This document shows positions 46,897 to 57,301 of a DNA stretch of 64,000 bases, piece by piece. Source of the stretch: Giardia intestinalis (Eukaryota); the NCBI GenBank assembly GCA_000002435.2, contig CM018791.1; one strand, written 5' to 3'. The translations under genes and the position numbers were made by a program. How positions within the stretch are numbered: the first letter of the stretch is position 1; each line of letters starts with the position of its first letter. The notes below the pieces were generated by a model, which ran no database searches, had not been told where the DNA came from, and saw nothing but the letters and a program-made list of their open reading frames with translations.

Positions 46897-49356
46897 ATGT
46901 CTCAAATCGAGGTTCCTCCACGCTCCTTACTCTGCAAGCATTTTGCAACCGAGGGCTCCCCTGATGTCTTCGACACAGCAGTCCAAACACTCTACACGCG
47001 TTTCTTCAACTCCATGCGCAAGATTGTTGCTGCCACAACCGGTCAATCTCATTTGGCTGCCCCTAAAATGTGCACTAGAGACACACAAACGTATTCGTTT
47101 AAGAACGCTATAGTACAAACCAAGCGAGAGGCCTTCACTCAGCCACAGAGAAGCACCCTACTAAATTCTGACAAAACGCCGGGAGAATACACTATGATCG
47201 GTCGGTCCGACCGTTACGAAACATCTGAGAAGTATCTACGGCGCAGAGACGCGGCCATCATTCTTATACAAGCGTGTTGGCGACGGTACAAGGCTATGTG
47301 CCGGGCAGATTCTATCCGTGTTGAGCGCGCTACGGTGCAGCAACAGCAGCAGGAGCTTGAAAATCAAACTGCCATAACTCGCGAGAAAGAGCGACAATTT
47401 CAACTGAACCGTCGCATCTGTCCTCGCACTTCTGAGGACTTTCAACTCCTGTACGATGAGGTGGCTGTTTGGGTTCGTCAGCAGACCTTTTCGATCAAGG
47501 AAGCAAATCTTCCTCCAGAGGCAAAACAGGCAAGCTTTGAGCTACTGCTAGAGAAGGAGACACGCCTTTTGCAGAATATCGATCTACTGAAGCGTCAAGC
47601 CCATTACTTAAACCGTTCTGACAGGGTCGGCCAGTTTTTCCACCGAATATCTAAGCCGCGAAAGTGGCAAATATCTGACGGAAGTTTTGTCGATGTGATG
47701 ACACCGTACAGTCTCAGAGCTGCTTCTTTGCGTGACCTATATTATGCCCTGGAAGAGTCTTCCTGCTTTGTTGGGCCGAATGCGGATACTATCAACTCTT
47801 GCGCAGGATACACAGTGACACCATCGTCAATCAGCAACTATCGAAAGACCATAGCAAGCAAATTCGAGGGCTCCATGATTGATCAGCGGCTGGACGTGCT
47901 TCTACAAGTTAAGTGGTGCCTAAAGGAGTTTGATTGTGACCTAACCAGAGAAGCCATTTCACTAATAGATAGGGAAGCCGATCTGCTAAGTAGAGGACGC
48001 TCTCAGACAAGTCTCGGAGGGCTCCGCAGGCGCCTTCTTGCTCTCTTTCTTCAGTTTGCAGAGACACCGGAATTTAATCCAGGGACACTAGAGCTCATCT
48101 CAGACGAGGCGGACTTGGTTTATAGGCCTAACACCTTGCCAATCATAGACTTTAGATCACTCAGTCCTTTGCATCGTGAAAAGCTTGCCCGTATCAAAAT
48201 GAGCAGACAACGCATGAAGCAGCTGAGCTCCGTGGATGAAGCCAGAGAGAAGATGCAACTCGTTGGCCGCGTCCCTACAGAGCCTGGAGCTGCTGACACT
48301 GCATATAAAGACTTATCCCACGTGGGGAAGTACGCCAGGCAAGACTCCGATACAGGCAGGTCGCCCATTTGCACTGATAGACCTGACGGCGCTGGCGATA
48401 GCGACAGTGACCTCTTCAATCCAAACATCGACCGGACCAACTTACGATTGGTTCACCTCAATTCTCCTTTGCGGAAGAAGTACCGTGGAATGTATGTGGA
48501 CGAGGACACATTTTGTGACTTTCCTGGAATAGGGATCCCACTGGTTTCTGAGGAGGCTTTTATCAACGATGGTATAAACTACGTGATAGAATACGTGGAT
48601 ACAAATACAGATGCAATGAAGATATTTGATGAGAACTACTATGGGGTAGGTCAATCCCCAGCAGGAGAGCAGGGCACTGTTTTGCCATCAACATTAGCAC
48701 CAAACCAAGCATTAGCAGAGCAAAGTACTATTTTAGAAGGAGAAGAGGGGTATGAAGAGAATTTAGATCATGATTTGATTAACGATAGTGGCTCGAGCGA
48801 CAGATATGGCCAGGGTCCCAACTTTGAGCCAGAAACAGTTGCGGTGATCGCACATCACCTTCACGGAGATGACCCAGATATTTTGGGTCACGTTATTGCT
48901 CAATCTGGGGAGGAGGCCGTTACTCCTCAGGATGAACGGAAGGATCTAGATGAATCCCTAAAGGTGGGTCACGTGGACATGGACGATGCTCCGATACGAG
49001 AGATAGAAGAGCAGGATATGGAAAGCATAGAAGATGATGAAGATATGCTACTTGAGGATATCGATAACGAGGCAGATATGAATGGTGCGCGTGGAGTCAC
49101 TAATGAGGGTTTTCGCAATGTAGACAATCTAAATCTAGTTGAAAGTATTGAAAACGCAGGACATGTGATTGATTCTCGCGTGAACTTTGAGGAACTTCGA
49201 GAGCACAGCGACCCAGGAGGCAGCAATAGCGATCCCGGAGTCGTGCTTAGCGAGGAACTTCCAGAAAACCAGGAGCTAAGGCCTGAAGGGCATCTAAATG
49301 AAAAGATCGATGAAGAAAACCGAGACGATGACTTCTTGGAGGACGAGATGGAGTAA
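46897..49356 (+). CDS. Hypothetical IQ-motif protein with a strongly acidic C-terminal tail, 819 aa (possibly a calmodulin-binding flagellar or cytoskeletal component)
   Basis: IQ-like motif AIILIQACWRRYKAMCRAD. A C-terminal ~170 aa rich in D/E (...EDDEDMLLEDIDNEADM...DDDFLEDEME). Confidence 0.6.
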   Translation: MSQIEVPPRSLLCKHFATEGSPDVFDTAVQTLYTRFFNSMRKIVAATTGQSHLAAPKMCTRDTQTYSFKNAIVQTKREAFTQPQRSTLLNSDKTPGEYTMIGRSDRYETSEKYLRRRDAAIILIQACWRRYKAMCRADSIRVERATVQQQQQELENQTAITREKERQFQLNRRICPRTSEDFQLLYDEVAVWVRQQTFSIKEANLPPEAKQASFELLLEKETRLLQNIDLLKRQAHYLNRSDRVGQFFHRISKPRKWQISDGSFVDVMTPYSLRAASLRDLYYALEESSCFVGPNADTINSCAGYTVTPSSISNYRKTIASKFEGSMIDQRLDVLLQVKWCLKEFDCDLTREAISLIDREADLLSRGRSQTSLGGLRRRLLALFLQFAETPEFNPGTLELISDEADLVYRPNTLPIIDFRSLSPLHREKLARIKMSRQRMKQLSSVDEAREKMQLVGRVPTEPGAADTAYKDLSHVGKYARQDSDTGRSPICTDRPDGAGDSDSDLFNPNIDRTNLRLVHLNSPLRKKYRGMYVDEDTFCDFPGIGIPLVSEEAFINDGINYVIEYVDTNTDAMKIFDENYYGVGQSPAGEQGTVLPSTLAPNQALAEQSTILEGEEGYEENLDHDLINDSGSSDRYGQGPNFEPETVAVIAHHLHGDDPDILGHVIAQSGEEAVTPQDERKDLDESLKVGHVDMDDAPIREIEEQDMESIEDDEDMLLEDIDNEADMNGARGVTNEGFRNVDNLNLVESIENAGHVIDSRVNFEELREHSDPGGSNSDPGVVLSEELPENQELRPEGHLNEKIDEENRDDDFLEDEME

Positions 49357-49470
49357 GAAAGCGTGTCCTCAGTGTTCGGGATGAAGTTAAAGAGCCATAC
49401 CGGGGTTGAAAGACTTCTATGGTAAAATTGGTTGTACGTAGAAGAATGTTTCAAAAGGGTAGTACTGTTT

Positions 49471-49477
49471 GTTTACT
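49471..49477 (-). terminator. Polyadenylation signal AGTAAAC overlapping the TAA stop of the proteasome alpha gene
   Basis: The minus strand reads ...CAG ACA GAG TAA ACA AAC...; the stop codon is embedded in the AGTAAAC motif. Confidence 0.6.
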
Positions 49478-50216
49478 CTGTCTGCACTGCAAGCTCCCCT
49501 AGGCGTCTATCCACCTCAATAGGAGTCAAGCGCTTGAGGCCGGTTTTGGTGTAAATGGCCACTTCGACGTCGTCCCCCGTGAGTCCGGTCGATATAACGT
49601 TCTGAAAGATCTTCAGGGCACAGTCTAGCCCCTTCTGTGTGCTTTCACAGATCCCGTTTGGAAAGCTCTTGACTTGTACAGTCAGGGCATCAGCGAGCTC
49701 AACCTCCTTTACACCAACTGCTATAGCGAAGTAACCCGTGTTGGTGCCTGCTGGATCTGTTTTAAATAGCAAAGATCGGTCCTGTTCTGGGTCCCATCCC
49801 GCAAACACCGCTATGTTTCCGAAGGGGCGTTGCCAGGCCTCTTGCGTATATATCTGGTTAATGTCTGCGAGACGGGTGCACAAAATGTCTGCTGTTGGTT
49901 GATAGTTCCACTTTCTGAAAAAGTCAACTGCCTCACTTCTGACTCGATCGATAACGCGACGACCGTCTGCAATGCGTCCGCATATCATGCACGCAGAAGT
50001 CTCGTTGATCTCGTGGATGAAGGTGTTGTTTGCTGTGTCAACCAACCGATCTGCACTTTGGAGCTGGGAGACAAGGACAACGCCATCGAGACAGCGAATG
50101 GCAACGTGGGACAGGCCGGAGGTCTTGACGGCCCGAAAAGCATATTCAACTTGAAATAGCTTCCCCTCTGGATTGAAAACGGTCAGCGCCTGGTCGAAGC
50201 CTTCAGTTGTTGACAT
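49473..50216 (-). CDS. 20S proteasome alpha subunit, alpha-6 type (PSMA6 / yeast Scl1 orthologue), 247 aa
   Basis: GFDQALTVFNPEGKLFQVEYAFRAV and LCTRLADINQIYTQEAWQRPFG closely match the PSMA6 signature blocks. AGTAAAC overlaps the TAA stop. Confidence 0.85.
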   Translation of the reverse strand: MSTTEGFDQALTVFNPEGKLFQVEYAFRAVKTSGLSHVAIRCLDGVVLVSQLQSADRLVDTANNTFIHEINETSACMICGRIADGRRVIDRVRSEAVDFFRKWNYQPTADILCTRLADINQIYTQEAWQRPFGNIAVFAGWDPEQDRSLLFKTDPAGTNTGYFAIAVGVKEVELADALTVQVKSFPNGICESTQKGLDCALKIFQNVISTGLTGDDVEVAIYTKTGLKRLTPIEVDRRLGELAVQTE

Positions 50217-50313
50217 TGCTCCTTATAGTTTTAAAAATTTAATGGTTCTTGTCACATATTTTGGCATTAAAAGATTAGAAATGATAACTGCGGGAACTTA
50301 AAGGAACTTTAAA
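50217..50313. promoter_or_regulatory. 97-bp AT-rich bidirectional promoter spacer (proteasome alpha on the minus strand; hypothetical gene on the plus strand)
   Basis: ccttatagttttaaaaatttaatggttcttgtcacatattttggcattaaaagattagaaatgataactgcgggaacttaaaggaactttaaaATG. Confidence 0.45.
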
Positions 50314-51204
50314 ATGAGCAAACTTAACCTTGCCTCGCAGTACCAATCGCTCTGCTCCAGCATCCAGGGGCACCACACACCCCGGTCAGGGACACCATGG
50401 GGAACAATTTTGTCTGCTGCTGACCAATCTCAATCAGATTGCTCCTTTTCTATCGCGGAACCAAGAGAGCCGAGCTTTTGCCAGCGGAGTGCTCCGGCTG
50501 CTTGCTCTGATCCCTCACTCTTTACACCGAGGAGCAACTCTGTAGGCAATTTGCAAAGGATTGCGACTTCTGATTTACAACATGCACGGACAGCAGGCTC
50601 AAACATGCGTCCAAGGTGCATGCGATATACAGAAACGACCACAGTACGCTCTACATCTTGTTCTAAGGAAGACGGCTCCCAGCCCATAATACAAACAGTT
50701 CTAGTACCTTTGCCTCAGACCACGAAGCCACAGGTGCAGGTAGCCCGGACGAGCAGCCGTACCAGGACAGTCTATCCTGCTCCTCTTCCCCAGCTGCCCA
50801 CCTGTAGCACACCATTTTCTAAAAAGTGCTGGACTGAGTGGCGGTCAACTCCCGGCCCAGGAGAATACTCTGTCCAGTCACATAAGGCAATAGGAACCAA
50901 CAATCATGCACATAATTTTGGAGACGTCTATGTCAATGGAGTGCTCATTGAAAGAACAAGCAATGCGGTCCATGAGAAATTGGAACAGGAACGGCGCAGA
51001 CCAAACTTCTACTCATATTCGACCACTAAGAAATATGATAGTCCGTGCTATTTGATAAATCCTCTAGGTGAGCGTAAAGAAGGTGGAAAATTTCAAACAC
51101 GTGACCCGAAACAGACCCTCAGAGATGTTCGCTGCCACGACGGGGTCCGGCTCCGAGACATTATGCGGCAGAAGGCAGTGAAAGACATGGGTGTAACGTT
51201 TTGA
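50314..51204 (+). CDS. Hypothetical protein, 296 aa (S/T/P/Q-rich N-terminal half)
   Basis: ORF with ATG preceded by ggaactttaaa. No recognisable domain. Confidence 0.5.
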   Translation: MSKLNLASQYQSLCSSIQGHHTPRSGTPWGTILSAADQSQSDCSFSIAEPREPSFCQRSAPAACSDPSLFTPRSNSVGNLQRIATSDLQHARTAGSNMRPRCMRYTETTTVRSTSCSKEDGSQPIIQTVLVPLPQTTKPQVQVARTSSRTRTVYPAPLPQLPTCSTPFSKKCWTEWRSTPGPGEYSVQSHKAIGTNNHAHNFGDVYVNGVLIERTSNAVHEKLEQERRRPNFYSYSTTKKYDSPCYLINPLGERKEGGKFQTRDPKQTLRDVRCHDGVRLRDIMRQKAVKDMGVTF

Positions 51205-51274
51205 TTAGAATGTGAATTATTTTATTCTGCGAGGTGGACCTGCACTGGTATCTCTCCAATCATGGTTAGAATCC

Positions 51275-54061
51275 CTAGCTTTTATAAGCACTTCGAATCG
51301 CCTTGTATTTGTTCGCCTGGGCAGTTATATCGTCAAAATTCAGCTCCATCACAACTTGGGCACTCCGCTTGACTTCTGATGCAGCCAGAGATGCTTTTTC
51401 TGCAATGCTATCACAAAATGCACTAGAAACGGGCCTGGTTATATACCTGAAGTGTGTCGTGGCGTGTGTCGACGCGTCAACAGAGCTTTGGGCAGACTTG
51501 TCTGTGTGCTCCACGGTTTCCGTTCCAACTACAGCCTTAAAGGTGCTCTTTGCAGTCTGCGTAGTATGGGTTGCCTTCTGCTTGATCTGATAGAGCCTCA
51601 ACGCCCTTGCCCGCAATTCCCATTCGGACGAAGTATACCCCGGGACAATGTTTCGCTCATAGAAGTGCAGGGGGGTCTGTATAGCAGCCTCCTGTGGTAG
51701 CGCTGATGAGTACTTGGTAGCAGAAGGCCTGGTACCTTTGGCATCGTCACTTGGCCGCGGACGCCTGGATGTCCCATCAGCTCCAACTATGACGAGGTCA
51801 TCTGATGATATGGTTGAAAGCATGGAGTCCAGCCGTCGATACTGAACAAACACGTCCTCAGAACACATACTAGAGTACGCAGTTAGAAATGTATCACCCA
51901 AGACATCTTTAATGGTGAATGGCGAATTGAGCACGTAGTGGGTTGTCTCATTTGCGGTGAGGGCTTCTGTAAGAGACAAGTACTTGACCATGATTGTCTT
52001 ATTAACCAAAGGGACGAAGCCAGGAACACCACGAAGAAATGTACATGAGTCTGACTGCATCTTTTTGTCGCTGCTCTCTGTCAATACCATGCTTGCCATA
52101 TTGTTAACAGGTGGACTGACGTCCGTAACACCGTTGTGAAAACAGGGGTGGAGATCGATTTGATAATCGCCCTGCTCCTGCACGATCGCATCTTTATCTT
52201 TATTGAGGAGATCGTTCTGGAGAATGGTGCAGACACGGGACAAGTCCATGAGCAAGATAAGCGGTAGAAACTCTGGAGATGACAAGGACAGGGACAGAAG
52301 TGACGCCATGAACAATATAGGGTTCGCCAGGAAAATACTCCTAGTCAGAACAGAGGAGAACGCCACAAAGGCGTGGCCGTCTCCCTCTGGAAGAGAAAGG
52401 ATCTGTGAGGCGAGATCTGAAGGCGTCATTTTCAGCGCCTGACTCAGCTCCGCTTGGTCATTCCCTAGACTGAGGTTTGTAGTATTCATTGTTTGCACCT
52501 CACTGCCCTTCTTCAGAGACGTAGAATATCCTGGAAGGGCCACGGGGAAGGGTGCACCTGGCCTACTAACTGCGGGACTAAAACAAAGAACAGGGTCCAT
52601 GCCGCCAAACAGGTAATTAATTCCAAACAGATCTTCACCATCTAGCGGGCCAAAGTTGGTAAGGGTCTTGATGTATGGAAGGGGGTTTGCTGTAGTTCCT
52701 ATCTTGGACGACATGTTTATACTAAACCGAAGAATACGGGAATTAACCGTAGTCTCATCGAGCTTTTCAAGTACCGGAAAGATGGGTGTGGATGTGCTGA
52801 GGACACTGTACGTCTTTTGATACCATGTCCTGGCGACATTGAGTTCATCCATTGTATAAAGCGGGTACTTTGCGCTCACCTCTGGTAAGATTGTAAACCC
52901 ATAATCGTCAATGAATGCCATAAGCTTGGTATGCCAGTGCTTTAGTTGGTTCAGAGAGTTACATGCAAAGTATATCTCTCTGTGCTGGCGTGCAATCAGG
53001 GAAAACTTTGGGTATACGTGTGACTTCGGCACCGACTCGCGTTCGTTCAGCAACTTCTGCAACGCGGTTATTCCATGCCGAATATCCTCAGATGTCTTCG
53101 AAATAATGAGAGAGAGCACGCGGACTTCTCTGACAAAGTAAGCAAAGGCTTTTACAATGCTAACCCTGTTAATACTGTAAATTATCGTTTCGCGACACTT
53201 GGCCTGGAGAGAGGGATCTCCGCATGAGCCTAGGTCGATAGCAAATAACATCAGTGGTATGACAGAACCAGTATAAATCCCACATATTTGTGCATACTGT
53301 ACATCCACGGCTCGAACAAGAGTAGAGATGGAGTGTTCTAAAGCCTGTAGTTGAGATAGGGGAGGGTCTCCGACTACTGTAACTCCAGAAACAACATCTA
53401 CGAGCTCTCCAAGCTGCTTTATTCCCACGTGGTTCTGTTGTCCATTAGTGTCCAAGCTGTTCTCTTTTAGTAGCATGTCCCTGAAGACCAGAACGTCTGA
53501 GTGTGGCAGCACAGAGTTGAGGGAAACCTTGAGGGCATTTGACAGGAGCTTGCTATCAGACGTTGCGCCGAAAACATTTAGAGGCTGATGAATAGCGGTG
53601 ACTAGGGCTTCCAGGTGGGCATAGATGGAATCGACCTGGTCTGCACGAGAAAGTAACTCAAAGGTGTCTCTACATTGCTTGACGACATTTGAGCGGCTCT
53701 CTTCCAGCTGAGCATGATAGGACGTAAATTCGCTAATATGTGTGGCCAGTATCCGAAGAGTATGCGACGTGGTATCCGCTGGGGTTGTATGCGGGCCATT
53801 CGACCCCGTAATGAGGGACACAGATAAATTAAGCATCCTATCAAATTCTCCCCCAGACAAGTCAGAGGTACCGGGTGGAAAGCTTGCATATGCAAGTAAC
53901 ATGTAGCGCGCAACAAAATCTGCAAGAAATGGCTCAACGCTCATGCCTGCTTCATGGGACCGGTGTATTATCTGAGCAACTAGGGGTTTGAGGGCCTTGT
54001 CAGACATGATCCGGTTCCGTATTTTTTGAGAAGTTAGAAATTTGCTGGGTCCAGGCCTCAT
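51275..54061 (-). CDS. Hypothetical protein, 928 aa. The likely true start is the second ATG at ~54004-54006 (MSDKALKPL...).
   Basis: Long ORF. An A-rich tract (ttctcaaaaaatacgg) precedes the second ATG. The first ATG is only 11 nt from the upstream gene's stop. Confidence 0.65.
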   Translation of the reverse strand: MRPGPSKFLTSQKIRNRIMSDKALKPLVAQIIHRSHEAGMSVEPFLADFVARYMLLAYASFPPGTSDLSGGEFDRMLNLSVSLITGSNGPHTTPADTTSHTLRILATHISEFTSYHAQLEESRSNVVKQCRDTFELLSRADQVDSIYAHLEALVTAIHQPLNVFGATSDSKLLSNALKVSLNSVLPHSDVLVFRDMLLKENSLDTNGQQNHVGIKQLGELVDVVSGVTVVGDPPLSQLQALEHSISTLVRAVDVQYAQICGIYTGSVIPLMLFAIDLGSCGDPSLQAKCRETIIYSINRVSIVKAFAYFVREVRVLSLIISKTSEDIRHGITALQKLLNERESVPKSHVYPKFSLIARQHREIYFACNSLNQLKHWHTKLMAFIDDYGFTILPEVSAKYPLYTMDELNVARTWYQKTYSVLSTSTPIFPVLEKLDETTVNSRILRFSINMSSKIGTTANPLPYIKTLTNFGPLDGEDLFGINYLFGGMDPVLCFSPAVSRPGAPFPVALPGYSTSLKKGSEVQTMNTTNLSLGNDQAELSQALKMTPSDLASQILSLPEGDGHAFVAFSSVLTRSIFLANPILFMASLLSLSLSSPEFLPLILLMDLSRVCTILQNDLLNKDKDAIVQEQGDYQIDLHPCFHNGVTDVSPPVNNMASMVLTESSDKKMQSDSCTFLRGVPGFVPLVNKTIMVKYLSLTEALTANETTHYVLNSPFTIKDVLGDTFLTAYSSMCSEDVFVQYRRLDSMLSTISSDDLVIVGADGTSRRPRPSDDAKGTRPSATKYSSALPQEAAIQTPLHFYERNIVPGYTSSEWELRARALRLYQIKQKATHTTQTAKSTFKAVVGTETVEHTDKSAQSSVDASTHATTHFRYITRPVSSAFCDSIAEKASLAASEVKRSAQVVMELNFDDITAQANKYKAIRSAYKS

Positions 54062-54072
54062 CTCAGGTTGGC

Positions 54073-56181
54073 TTACGTAACTAGGTTATTTGTTCGTGCA
54101 CATATAAGTGCTAGCTCGACACTTTCTTCCATTCTTGTAGAGGCCCCTACCAACGCCACATGTACAGCATTTAATCCTCTAGATGACACCGACAGAAGAT
54201 CAGAGTATTGTGCCAACGCAGGGTCTGTCCCCAATCTTAAATCCCTCACGAGAGAGATATAGCTATAGTAGTCCATCGACATCATAAGACTTGCCAGGCT
54301 TTTTAGCCTAATTGATCGCAGAATGGTCTCCTCCAGATGTAAGGATTTGCAATAGTCAGTGTTTCGCAGAAGTGCAGGACTATACTGCTGGTCAGTTGCA
54401 GACGCTATACCCTGAATTATCAAATGCAGTGAATCCCCACTTAGTTGTAGTTCACCGTCTTGCACAGGACGTGCCTGCAACGTTAAGTCGTCGGCTACGT
54501 AGAGCCTTGTGTTCTTATCTGCAGTATTGTATATTTTGGTGTTGGTCACTGTTGTACATGGAACGCTTGCACAAACAGCGTATGGCCCACCGGTGTCATC
54601 ATCTGTTGGCGGGGGAGAGATAATCTGCTCGAATCCATCTATGATGAGATTGCTGAGGTAGATGGGAGACGGCTCGAACAATGAATCAGAGCCAGGGCCA
54701 GAGGGGAAAAAAGCTACCGAGACAGCTAGCTGCTTAAAGGGCAGATACTTTTGCGATCGCACCAATGAAAACTCACAGGTGGATGTGTTAAGAAAGACAA
54801 GCAGCCCCAGCTCCGTAGAAAGCCCATTTTCTGCAGTCGCTAATTTGAGCGATGGTGGTATTTGAATAAGTATCATCCTGCACACGGCTTTCAAAGAAAG
54901 AGTAATTGTTTGCAGGTTATGCGCCTGATTGAAGTGCTTCTTAACGTCCAGCTCAATGCTTGCCAAGGGAGTGTTCGCCCACGACGACGTGTGACGGGGA
55001 GATGGCGCTGGAGATGCATTGTTCATCTTTAAGCGGGCTTGCATATTTGCTATTTCTCTCTCTAGGCCAGCAACTTCCTTCGTTAGTGAAGATATCTTCG
55101 AAGATAGGCTTTTATTTGACATGGGAGGCGATGATGAAAATAGAAGGTCAATATCGCCATTCTCATGCACGGCAAGACAAGCTGCATCATGGAAATGCAT
55201 AGATATCTGTGGATCTAAAGAGTAGAGATGAGGAAGAACCTTTGGGTAGATAGTCTCTGCTACAGTGACACACGTGGCTGAACTGTGAGAGAGGGCCATC
55301 CACTGGACTTGTGTTTGCAGGCCTTTGTCACGGGATCTGATGATGAAGAACGTCGTCTCAGCTGGGGTCCTCGACGGACCCATGATGACACGCTCGTCAG
55401 GGTGAAGCTTGGTTAGCTCCACATGAGTATAAGGCTCTTTGAGCAGCAAGTAATATAGGACATCTGACCTGGATCGAAGAAGAATCTCCAGCGTATATGG
55501 ATTGCAATATATGTCCTTTATTCCCTCAACTTTTAATCTGTCTATAACAACCATGTCCAGTATCTCTGGCACAGATAGGTCAATGTTATATATGCACAGC
55601 TTACCTGTTTCGAATAGAGCCCAGAGCCTAAGATCAGTTTTTCCTTGATGCTCGTGGAGAAGGGGCACAACCTTCAGGAGCCTCTCGTCAAAATCTGAAA
55701 AGCGGTGCACAGCCTTTATCCTGGTATCTTCCTTTGCTAGCATGGCAGTAAACAAACTGGCGTGAGTGTGCCCAACAATAACATGGAGATGCTCTATGCT
55801 ATTCTCCTGCAGCAATCGCACAAAGGGTTGATGAGTCACGTACTGAGAAACAATCTTTAGAGAAAGACGTGCTGCCGACGCGTTAAGAAGGGGATCCGAT
55901 GATGTCAGTACAAGGTCTTTGTCATTATAGCGCAGCAGTCCGGTCTGTCTTGAGAACGAAAAGAATGTGTTTATGTTGTTAGATATGGGATAGATCGTGG
56001 CATTGGCGCTTGCAAGAGACGAGCTGAGCCGTACTGAGCCGTCGGCGTGAATGATTAGAGCATGACATCCATCATCGAGCAAAATCTCTCTCTTTGAGGG
56101 ATTCGTATGAACAGAGAATGCTTCCAGAACTCCATGCACATTCAGAAGAGGTATAATGGATGAGCGCTGAGGAGAAGACAT
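54073..56181 (-). CDS. Hypothetical protein, 702 aa. N-terminal ~150 aa has degenerate calcineurin-like metallophosphoesterase-like motifs (LLNVHG; HVIVGHTHAS). Short coiled coil in the middle.
   Basis: ORF with ATG and AT-rich upstream tract. GHxH-type motif and a short Ser-rich coiled coil (KISSLTKEVAGLEREIANMQARLK). The assignment is tentative. Confidence 0.55.
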   Translation of the reverse strand: MSSPQRSSIIPLLNVHGVLEAFSVHTNPSKREILLDDGCHALIIHADGSVRLSSSLASANATIYPISNNINTFFSFSRQTGLLRYNDKDLVLTSSDPLLNASAARLSLKIVSQYVTHQPFVRLLQENSIEHLHVIVGHTHASLFTAMLAKEDTRIKAVHRFSDFDERLLKVVPLLHEHQGKTDLRLWALFETGKLCIYNIDLSVPEILDMVVIDRLKVEGIKDIYCNPYTLEILLRSRSDVLYYLLLKEPYTHVELTKLHPDERVIMGPSRTPAETTFFIIRSRDKGLQTQVQWMALSHSSATCVTVAETIYPKVLPHLYSLDPQISMHFHDAACLAVHENGDIDLLFSSSPPMSNKSLSSKISSLTKEVAGLEREIANMQARLKMNNASPAPSPRHTSSWANTPLASIELDVKKHFNQAHNLQTITLSLKAVCRMILIQIPPSLKLATAENGLSTELGLLVFLNTSTCEFSLVRSQKYLPFKQLAVSVAFFPSGPGSDSLFEPSPIYLSNLIIDGFEQIISPPPTDDDTGGPYAVCASVPCTTVTNTKIYNTADKNTRLYVADDLTLQARPVQDGELQLSGDSLHLIIQGIASATDQQYSPALLRNTDYCKSLHLEETILRSIRLKSLASLMMSMDYYSYISLVRDLRLGTDPALAQYSDLLSVSSRGLNAVHVALVGASTRMEESVELALICARTNNLVT

Positions 56182-56362
56182 CTATCGATAAATCAACTTT
56201 TAGAATTGTGGGAGGTTTGAAGCACTGTCGAAGGCTACCTAAAGCACTTGCAAACTAGTATACGATATCAGCTTGATGCGGGCATATGCAAAAGCCACTA
56301 GAAGTTCTAGTATCTCCTCAGAGTTGCTCGGTAGAAAGAAAGATAGAAAGAAATAAATTGCC

Positions 56363-57301
56363 ATGTCCATCATTACTACGCGTACAGCTAATATTCATTC
56401 TGCTATCCGTGGTCACAAATCATGCACCCTAGATGGAAAGGTGTACTCTGTTTGTTCAAACCGTCTGCCAATAACCTCAGAGCTCTCTATCGCATGTACT
56501 GTTGCAAGGGACGGTCTCTTAAATGTTAGCTACCTTCGTTTCAACATCGCAACAGAGCTGGATGTGTCATCAGCGGCTATCTGTCGCTTTGGTACGGCTC
56601 TGCTGCTTGCAATACCTTCGGTTGACCGCCCCCTCGAGTTCTTCACGTTCTGTCCAGAGAGCAATCAGCTAAAGGAACTCCGAGGGCCAACAGTAGCCAG
56701 TAGGTGGCGCTTTTCGATAATAGAAGTGAGTCCAGATATTGTCCTCCTCTGCGGAGGTGACTTTGTTCGAAAATGCTACTTGCTGGACTTCGCTAAGAGA
56801 ACACTCTCCGAAACAGGTAAGCTTCCATTTGTTGCATCAAGCATGACTCTCATTACACTCAGTAATGGGCTTATCGCTGCTCCCACGTGCGCGGTAGCAG
56901 GACAGTTTCCAACCAATAAGTGTCTTTTCTATTCTGTATCCACAGGAACGTGGCGCGTCCAATTGCTCCCCATTCCTGAGCATGTCCACTATGGTGTTGT
57001 TGTTCTTGCAGATCAATTGCTACTTCTTCTGACTCCAAGAGCACAGCAGAAGGGCCTTCTAGAGTTCCGTGGATATGTTTACAATCACAAGACCAATGTC
57101 GTGTATAGGATGGAGAGGCCAGACTTTCCATCTTACTGTGATCCGGTAGTATTTGTGAACTCAGGGCGTCTTTACGTGGTGGGTGGCATGCAGAATGGTA
57201 AGGTATCTTCCACCGTTCATGACATCACCCTGACCGCGTTTGTCACATGTTTCAAAAACACAGAACTACGCTCCCTGTTGAAGGAGGAATTCGGTGTGTA
57301 A
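56363..57301 (+). CDS. Hypothetical Kelch/beta-propeller-like protein, 312 aa
   Basis: Recurring blade-like segments (..VLLCGGDF.., ..GRLYVVGGM..) resemble Kelch repeats. Weak evidence. Confidence 0.45.
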   Translation: MSIITTRTANIHSAIRGHKSCTLDGKVYSVCSNRLPITSELSIACTVARDGLLNVSYLRFNIATELDVSSAAICRFGTALLLAIPSVDRPLEFFTFCPESNQLKELRGPTVASRWRFSIIEVSPDIVLLCGGDFVRKCYLLDFAKRTLSETGKLPFVASSMTLITLSNGLIAAPTCAVAGQFPTNKCLFYSVSTGTWRVQLLPIPEHVHYGVVVLADQLLLLLTPRAQQKGLLEFRGYVYNHKTNVVYRMERPDFPSYCDPVVFVNSGRLYVVGGMQNGKVSSTVHDITLTAFVTCFKNTELRSLLKEEFGV

